A stretch of 64,000 nt of DNA from Fibrobacteria bacterium (GTDB lineage: Bacteria; Fibrobacterota; Fibrobacteria; UBA11236). The position numbers were made by a program, and so were the translations under genes. Each line of letters opens with the position of its first letter. Within the stretch, counting starts at the first letter, position 1. This document shows, in pieces, positions 58,072 to 64,000 of this stretch. The notes under the pieces were generated by a model. It was not told where the DNA came from and ran no database searches. It was given only the letters and a program-made list of their open reading frames with translations. The stretch spans positions 1 to 64,000 of the forward strand of contig JAYTHY010000094.1 in NCBI GenBank assembly GCA_043732185.1. The letters run 5' to 3'.

Positions 58072-59223
58072 TTGCCGCTATGCACAGGATCAATGGATAT
58101 GAAGCGAATCGGACTCGCCCAAGTCTCAATGGGTTTTACCTTGGCGCTTCTAGGGATGACCTTTCTTGCTGGATGGGCACAAGCGGAAACGGAAGTGTGC
58201 GGCACGTTCAGTTTGGCTACCGAATGGACGACCAGGGGATCTCCTTATATCGTCACGGGAGATATTTTTATTCCTGCCACATCGCGTCTACGCATTAATC
58301 CCGGTGTCACGGTCCGTTTCGACAAACAAAAACCCTGCCCATCGGACAAAAATACGCAGCCTCTTGAAGATTGGTCCGACTCCGTGTATACCGGCATCAA
58401 AGCCGAGGGAACATTCTACTGTTTGGGTACAGAAGAACAACCCGTGATCTTTGAATCCGCTTCCACACAATCGGGCCAAGTCGGTTGGGACGGCATCCGG
58501 CTATCCGGCCAGAACGACCATTCCTCCGAAATCAGTTTTGGAATTTTCCGCGGGGCCAATCAGGCCATCAAAGCGGAACGGGCTGGATTCTTCATCCACC
58601 ATTGCCTGTTCAAAGAAAACAATACGGGCGTAATGTTGGGCTTCCGTGGGGATGTAAACATCGTCAACTGCAATTTCATCGGAAACTTAAACGCCGGAAT
58701 CGTGGTTCGAAAAGCCGCGCCGCGCATTGTGAGCAATATTTTTCTCGACAACCGATCCTACGGCATCTGGGCGGATGGTCGGCCGGCCATCCAAATCCAA
58801 AACAACGCCTTCTGGGGAAACCGGGAAGAGTCTTGCCGGAAATGTCCCTATCAAGTATTGGAAATGGTAAAACAGAATGCCAATAAGGACACGGTTGATG
58901 CCTTTGAAAATCTGGAAAGCGATCCGATATTTCTTGGCACCGCGAGCTTTGACGCCGCCCATCAAGCGGATTTAGGCACCGACACTCCCGCCCATTTAGT
59001 ACGTGATCCCAAGATTGCGCAAGCGGAAATAAAAGCCCGAAAAGAAACCAAGCCCAAAGCCCCTTTCAAGGCCATCGGCACAGGCGATTACCTGCTTTCG
59101 GAATATTCGAAACTCACCAATGCCGGCCACAAAAGCCGGGATCTCAAAGACAGGGATGGCAGCCGAAACGATATAGGCATACACGGTGGACCAATGAATC
59201 GAATCACGAAAGATCCTTTTTAA
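58072..59223 (+). CDS. Secreted right-handed parallel beta-helix protein
   Basis: Signal peptide; WT..GSPYIVTGD, LRINPGVTV, beta-helix repeats (NCNFIGN..AGI, SNIFLDN..YGI), DGSRNDIGIHGGP; true start may be a few codons downstream. Confidence 0.75.
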   Translation: MPLCTGSMDMKRIGLAQVSMGFTLALLGMTFLAGWAQAETEVCGTFSLATEWTTRGSPYIVTGDIFIPATSRLRINPGVTVRFDKQKPCPSDKNTQPLEDWSDSVYTGIKAEGTFYCLGTEEQPVIFESASTQSGQVGWDGIRLSGQNDHSSEISFGIFRGANQAIKAERAGFFIHHCLFKENNTGVMLGFRGDVNIVNCNFIGNLNAGIVVRKAAPRIVSNIFLDNRSYGIWADGRPAIQIQNNAFWGNREESCRKCPYQVLEMVKQNANKDTVDAFENLESDPIFLGTASFDAAHQADLGTDTPAHLVRDPKIAQAEIKARKETKPKAPFKAIGTGDYLLSEYSKLTNAGHKSRDLKDRDGSRNDIGIHGGPMNRITKDPF

Positions 59224-59315
59224 GAAACCCAAGGTTCTCCAATAACCCTGCCAGGCTCAAGCGAAAACGCAACTGCCACCTTGCCCGTTCACTATTTTCC
59301 CCCTACAATAAAGAC

Positions 59316-59534
59316 ATGGAAATCGGCCCAGCAACCTCTTCAGTACAAGGCATACAAAAAGCCTTTGAAACTCATGCGGCCCGCGGGAAGCGCATCGCGA
59401 ATCCAGAAACCGATCCCCAATTTGAAAAAGACATGGCGGAACTCGCTTCCGATCCTGAAAATGTCGGCGTGCAAACCGCGGTCATCAAGACCAAAGACAA
59501 AATGATGGGCGCCCTTCTCGATCTCTTCGCATAA
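59316..59534 (+). CDS. 72-aa protein resembling fused N- and C-terminal helices of flagellar rod/hook proteins
   Basis: SSVQGIQKA...RIAN and DMAEL...QTAVIKTKDKMMGALLDLFA; TACAAT 6 nt upstream of ATG. Confidence 0.6.
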   Translation: MEIGPATSSVQGIQKAFETHAARGKRIANPETDPQFEKDMAELASDPENVGVQTAVIKTKDKMMGALLDLFA

Positions 59535-59650
59535 TCTTCCGGCTGATTCTTTTCCCCTTCGACCCATCCTTTTGCATTTGAAAAAAACCGGTCCCGGGCC
59601 GATCTCTTTTTGGCTATTTTAATGCGGTAGGTTTTTTTGGGGGGTCGTTC

Positions 59651-59866
59651 ATGCTCACTCGCATCATACGTAAGCCGACCGGATTCCTGAACAAGATTTG
59701 GCGGAACGCCCAGCCCATGCCCATTCCGGTAAAGCTGGACAATTTGGAAATCACCGCCCCACCAATTTGGCCCTATCGCTATCAGGGCGTTGGCATTTCC
59801 CTTTGCTCCATGGATGCGCCAATGCCTTCGGCAAGCGCAAGCGGCGTCGAAATTCCTAAGACATGA
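59651..59866 (+). CDS. Small hypothetical ORF
   Basis: ATGA overlap with the kinase gene; no motif recognised. Confidence 0.3.
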   Translation: MLTRIIRKPTGFLNKIWRNAQPMPIPVKLDNLEITAPPIWPYRYQGVGISLCSMDAPMPSASASGVEIPKT

Positions 59867-60867
59867 CGGATCCTTCCGAGCCGCCGGAGCTCCATTTCGA
59901 TGAGCTTTCTCCGGTACTGGTCAAATTCCTGAGCCGCTACGGCTTTGGTCCCAGCTGCGCCATCTCTTTGGCCGGTACAGCCGGGTCCCGTCGCATCTAC
60001 TACCGGTTAAAGGAAGGCCTGCGCAATTTCATCGTGCTCGTCTCCCCGCCCGATGATGTTGACTTTGGCCGCTTCCTACGCATCACCCAGTTCTATCGTT
60101 TGATGAACTTTCCTGTACCCATGGTCTACTGCATAGACGACGCCGCCCATCAGGTGATTCTCGAAGACTTAGGCGACAAACGCCTGTACGACCTTATCAA
60201 AAAGGGAGCACCCACTCGTGAACCCTATCAAAATGTCATCCACCATCTCGTCGATTTGCAAACCCGATGCTTTCAGTGGCATAAAGAAAGTCCGGACATC
60301 AACTCCCGCATTTTCGACGAACACGATCTGCTTTGGGAAACGGATTATTACACCAAGCATTATCTGCTGGGCCATCGCGGCATGACGTATGATGAAAAAG
60401 GTTTAGCCAAACTGAGCGCCGTCTTCCACGATCTTGCCCGTCAAGTCGATTTGCAACCCAAGTCCATTATGCATCGCGATTTCCAATCGCAAAACATCAT
60501 GATCCAATACGACGGAACCGTTCGGGTTATCGATTATCAAGGCAGTCGCCTCGGATCGGTTTATTACGATTTGGCCTCTCTGTTACTGGATCCGTACGTG
60601 ATGCTTTCCGAAGAGGATGTTTTTGAATTGCTGCGGTACTACCACGCCAAAGCCTTGAACCCATTGGCTTTTGAAGAGATGGGGCATCAGTTTCTACTGG
60701 CCGGGGCGCAAAGAATAATGCAGGCGCTGGGAGCCTACTGTTTTTTATCCAGGGAAAAAGGCTTGACCCAGTTCAAGGCCCATATCGACCCGGGGGAACA
60801 ACGGCTGCGCTGGATTATCAAGCATCTGGGTTGGCGGGAGCTCAAAGCCGTTATGCCTTCGGCTTAA
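59863..60867 (+). CDS. APH/choline-kinase family phosphotransferase (AmgK-like)
   Basis: AGSRRIYYR, LEDLGD, MHRDFQSQNIM, IDYQG, YDLASLL.DPY, R.MQALGAY. Confidence 0.85.
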   Translation: MTDPSEPPELHFDELSPVLVKFLSRYGFGPSCAISLAGTAGSRRIYYRLKEGLRNFIVLVSPPDDVDFGRFLRITQFYRLMNFPVPMVYCIDDAAHQVILEDLGDKRLYDLIKKGAPTREPYQNVIHHLVDLQTRCFQWHKESPDINSRIFDEHDLLWETDYYTKHYLLGHRGMTYDEKGLAKLSAVFHDLARQVDLQPKSIMHRDFQSQNIMIQYDGTVRVIDYQGSRLGSVYYDLASLLLDPYVMLSEEDVFELLRYYHAKALNPLAFEEMGHQFLLAGAQRIMQALGAYCFLSREKGLTQFKAHIDPGEQRLRWIIKHLGWRELKAVMPSA

Positions 60868-60902
60868 ATTCTACCTTTTTGAATTTTTCATCCCGAGGAA
60901 TT

Positions 60903-63308
60903 ATGGCCAATTTAAATAAACTGGGGAATGCACAGACAACGCGCTTTTCGCGCAGGGGAATGGTGGCAATAGCCGCACTCATCCTTCTCGGTCTCCTCCC
61001 ATTTCTCTCCATCCTGCTTTCTGGAAACGTCGTTTTCGCATCGGATCAAATTGGTTCGCCCGCATGGAAGTTCCTTTTTGAGTCGCTACGCCATTTTGAA
61101 TTCCCGCTCTGGAACCCATACTTGCTTTCCGGTATGCCTACCTTGGACGCTGGATTTGGCGATGGCGCGTATCTTCCTTTTTTAATTCTTGGAATGTTCG
61201 TGCCGGTTACTTTTCTTGTCACCATTAGTTTTGTGCTACATGTGTTTGTAGCTGGTGTCACCGCTTATATTCTTCTCCGCCGTTTCTTTCATCTGGAGCG
61301 ATTGGCCGCCGTCGCTTTGGCGGCCGCGTACATGCTCAACACGAATTTTATCTCTCACATCCACGCCGGACATACAGGTAAGTTCTACATCATGGCTTGG
61401 CTGCCGCTTTCCCTTTTCTTCCTTTTACGGAGTTTGAGCGCCAAGGCCCGTTGGCATCATCTGCTCGGCCTCGCACTAACTATTTCACTTTTCATTTCCA
61501 CCTCACACCTACAGTTCACGTACTACGTCCTTATGGGGTACTTTCTGCTTTGGGTCTTCAAAAGCTATGGATGGATCCGCAGTAAGCAGTATGGGGTTTT
61601 GATCGCAGGCGCCGGAAAATTTTGGCTGCCGATTCTTTTAGGAGTTGGTTTGGCCTTCCCAATTTTTTACCCACCCATCCAATACAACAAGGCATTTTCG
61701 GTCCGCGGACAGGGTGACAAGCAGACTTTCGAACATGCCACGTCATGGTCCATGCATCCTGAAGAAGCCATGTCCCTCATCGTACCGGAATTTACGGGCT
61801 TGAATGAACAGTACTGGGGGCGCAATCCCTTTAAGCTCAACTCCGAATATCCTGGTTTGGTCATTCTATTTTTGGGCGTTTTTGGATTGATAGCTTTCCG
61901 GCGCAAATGGTTCTGGTTTTGGACTTCACTGGGCATCTTGTCCATTCTTTTTGCCCTCGGAGCCAACACTCCGGTTTTCCACCTCTTTTACGCCATCGTT
62001 CCTGGGATAAAAAATTTCCGGGCGCCGAGTATGATGGTTTTTTGGCTCGTCTGCGCACTACTCATGATGAGCGCGCAAACTTTGGTGCTTCTCTTCAAAG
62101 AAGTGCCTGCCTTAAAAGCGGAAGAAAAATCCCGGCTCACGAAAAAACTGCTCTTGTTCGGATTTGGTGCCGCTGGATTGTTATTGATCTGCGGACTTGC
62201 CGCCAGTTCAATTCTGGAAACCTGGAACGCGTTGGTGGATGCGTCTTCCATTGCGAACTTCTCAAAACAATCCGCCAATGCCAGCAGCTTTGGTCGCGGC
62301 GCACTTATGAACGCCTTCATGCTGGCGGCCCTGGTAACCGGAATTTGGAAATTCGGCATCAAAAATTCACAGCCGGGATTTTTGTCGGTACTCCTGCTGG
62401 CGATTGTGTGCATTGATTTGTATTGGAGGAACAGCAATTTCCTGATGGGTTATGAGCCGGAGCGCTTTTTCCCTCACCAAGACGCCGTAGACTTTCTTCA
62501 GGGTCAAAAGGAGCCGATGCGCGTCTTTGGGCTTCCAGGAGCGTATGATCGAGGCTACTTGCAATATTTCAAGATAACGGCAGTCGATGGATTCGTGGAT
62601 AATGAGAACCGAATTTACCGGGACTACCGCGGTAACAATGAACAACCAAATCAAAATTTTATGACTCACTTGAACCAAAACACGGATGGTTCGGTTTCAG
62701 GAAATGTATTTCTAGACATGCTCAATGTAAAATACCTCGCATATCGTACGCCGACTGAACCTGGACTTCATCTCGCCGAGAACCGTTCCGCGCTGCCACG
62801 GGCTTGGTTCGTGGAGCGTTGGGAAATGGGGCTAGACAGTCTGATTCTGGACTCGATCAAGAGTCCGACTTTTGATCCGAAAAATTTCGCCTTTGTTTCG
62901 TCAGAAACGCCGGTTCTGGATATTCAGTCGAAGCAAAAAGCTGTTCTAGCTGATAGTTCCTCATTGCCGCCAAGCAAAGCACCCGTCACCCTAATTTCCA
63001 GGAAAAGTTTATCTTCTAACCGCACGCTTTATGATGTTGATAATTCCACCAGTGGCTTAATGGTATTGTCAGAAGTGTATTTCCCGCATTGGCAAGTTAG
63101 CGTGGACGGCAAACCTACGCCCTTGTTGCGTGTGAACTTCGCCCTTCAGGGACTGGCGCTGAATGCCGGACATCACCAGGTGGAATTAAAGTATCAATCC
63201 CCTTGGATTAACAAAAGCTTTGTCGTATTCGGACTTTCCTTGATAGGCCTCATTGGAAGTCTCGTGGCCTTTAGGCTTACTGGCGGCTTTGCGCGACGCA
63301 AAAGATGA
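60903..63308 (+). CDS. YfhO family multi-pass membrane protein (GT-C-like)
   Basis: PLWNPYLLSGMP, many TM segments, FRAPS, LDMLNVKY, NRSALPRAWF, LSEVYFPHWQVSVDG; likely start ATG 60903. Confidence 0.85.
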   Translation: MANLNKLGNAQTTRFSRRGMVAIAALILLGLLPFLSILLSGNVVFASDQIGSPAWKFLFESLRHFEFPLWNPYLLSGMPTLDAGFGDGAYLPFLILGMFVPVTFLVTISFVLHVFVAGVTAYILLRRFFHLERLAAVALAAAYMLNTNFISHIHAGHTGKFYIMAWLPLSLFFLLRSLSAKARWHHLLGLALTISLFISTSHLQFTYYVLMGYFLLWVFKSYGWIRSKQYGVLIAGAGKFWLPILLGVGLAFPIFYPPIQYNKAFSVRGQGDKQTFEHATSWSMHPEEAMSLIVPEFTGLNEQYWGRNPFKLNSEYPGLVILFLGVFGLIAFRRKWFWFWTSLGILSILFALGANTPVFHLFYAIVPGIKNFRAPSMMVFWLVCALLMMSAQTLVLLFKEVPALKAEEKSRLTKKLLLFGFGAAGLLLICGLAASSILETWNALVDASSIANFSKQSANASSFGRGALMNAFMLAALVTGIWKFGIKNSQPGFLSVLLLAIVCIDLYWRNSNFLMGYEPERFFPHQDAVDFLQGQKEPMRVFGLPGAYDRGYLQYFKITAVDGFVDNENRIYRDYRGNNEQPNQNFMTHLNQNTDGSVSGNVFLDMLNVKYLAYRTPTEPGLHLAENRSALPRAWFVERWEMGLDSLILDSIKSPTFDPKNFAFVSSETPVLDIQSKQKAVLADSSSLPPSKAPVTLISRKSLSSNRTLYDVDNSTSGLMVLSEVYFPHWQVSVDGKPTPLLRVNFALQGLALNAGHHQVELKYQSPWINKSFVVFGLSLIGLIGSLVAFRLTGGFARRKR

Positions 63309-64000
63309 ATCGTAAATTTTGGATCTCGCTCTTGAAATGGGCGCTTACGCTATTTGCCATAGCCATGATCGCGTGGAAAATAGATTTTCATACGGTCTTG
63401 CCTTTGCTCAAGCAATGTCGATTGGAATACCTTTTCCTTGCAGTCGTGGCCCAAGTGGTGGGAAGCCTACTTGCCACTTATCGCTGGAAAATGTTGTGGA
63501 ATCGTCCCGAATTGCAGTTCCGCAAATACCTTTTTTTCGTATACATGGGCTATTTTTTCAGTTCATTCCTTCCTTCAGCCGCGGTTTCCGAGGCGATACG
63601 CGTGTTAGCCTTTGGGCGGAAATATGGTAGCATGCAGCAAAACATTGGCGTGAACTTGTTCGCTAGGGGTATCGGCTTGGCAATACAGTTCGGTTTGGCG
63701 GGAGTAAGCTTCTTTTATTTCCATGAGGAGCTCCAGAGATTGGCGTTCTTTCGCACTTTAAAAATGGATTCGAAAACCGCCATCATCACCTCCGTTATCG
63801 TACTACTTGGGTTGGGAGCGATTTATTTTTTCCGCACTCAGCTTTTTCGGCAAACCTGGTTAGCGGAAATCATACGGCTACTGGGAAATCGTCAACTGCT
63901 TTTCCGGACAATAATTTGCAGCATCTTCCTCCAATTGTCGGTCATTCTTTGCACTTGGCTTGTTTTCTTGAGTATCTATCCCGCCATCAAACTTTGGCAA
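63305..64000 (+). CDS. Lysylphosphatidylglycerol-synthase TM / UPF0104 flippase-like protein, truncated by the window end
   Basis: Manual translation MNRKFWISLLKWALTLFAIAMIAWKIDF...YRWKML...GYFFSSFLPSAAVSEAIR, open to 64000; ATGA overlap with the YfhO gene; missed by the ORF track. Confidence 0.8.
   Translation, partial: MNRKFWISLLKWALTLFAIAMIAWKIDFHTVLPLLKQCRLEYLFLAVVAQVVGSLLATYRWKMLWNRPELQFRKYLFFVYMGYFFSSFLPSAAVSEAIRVLAFGRKYGSMQQNIGVNLFARGIGLAIQFGLAGVSFFYFHEELQRLAFFRTLKMDSKTAIITSVIVLLGLGAIYFFRTQLFRQTWLAEIIRLLGNRQLLFRTIICSIFLQLSVILCTWLVFLSIYPAIKLWQ

Noticed and set aside
63319..63630. 103-aa ORF in the track
   Set aside because: Out-of-frame overlap with the real membrane-protein ORF starting at 63305

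Overview
64-kb bacterial chromosomal segment, most consistent with Fibrobacterota (fibro-slime domains, T9SS-like PorV/PorZ and C-terminal sorting domains, FCB-type ileS-dksA order). The housekeeping backbone (lpxK, ileS, ettA, pdxA, rpe, aroC, rsmB, fmt, rfbB, larB) is interleaved with cell-envelope glycosylation genes and many secreted or surface proteins. No rRNA, tRNA, CRISPR array, integrase or transposase was recognised. Highlights: (1) a minor type IV pilin operon (FimT-PilV-PilW-like) ending in two tandem PilX-like pilins fused directly to PA14 and fibro-slime domains, with no PilY1; (2) a ~10-kb accessory island between ettA and pdxA whose three AT-rich promoter regions each carry a TACACTAC direct-repeat pair spaced 74-76 bp, two of them driving a four-gene family of secreted proteins built from an unnamed Cys-looped ~115-aa repeat domain; (3) a PorV-like barrel fused to TPR, degenerate 5'-nucleotidase and TolB-like domains; (4) a PEP-CTERM gene and a VIT-domain gene with sigma54-type promoters; (5) signs of leaderless transcription. 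All family calls come from motifs read by eye, with no database search.
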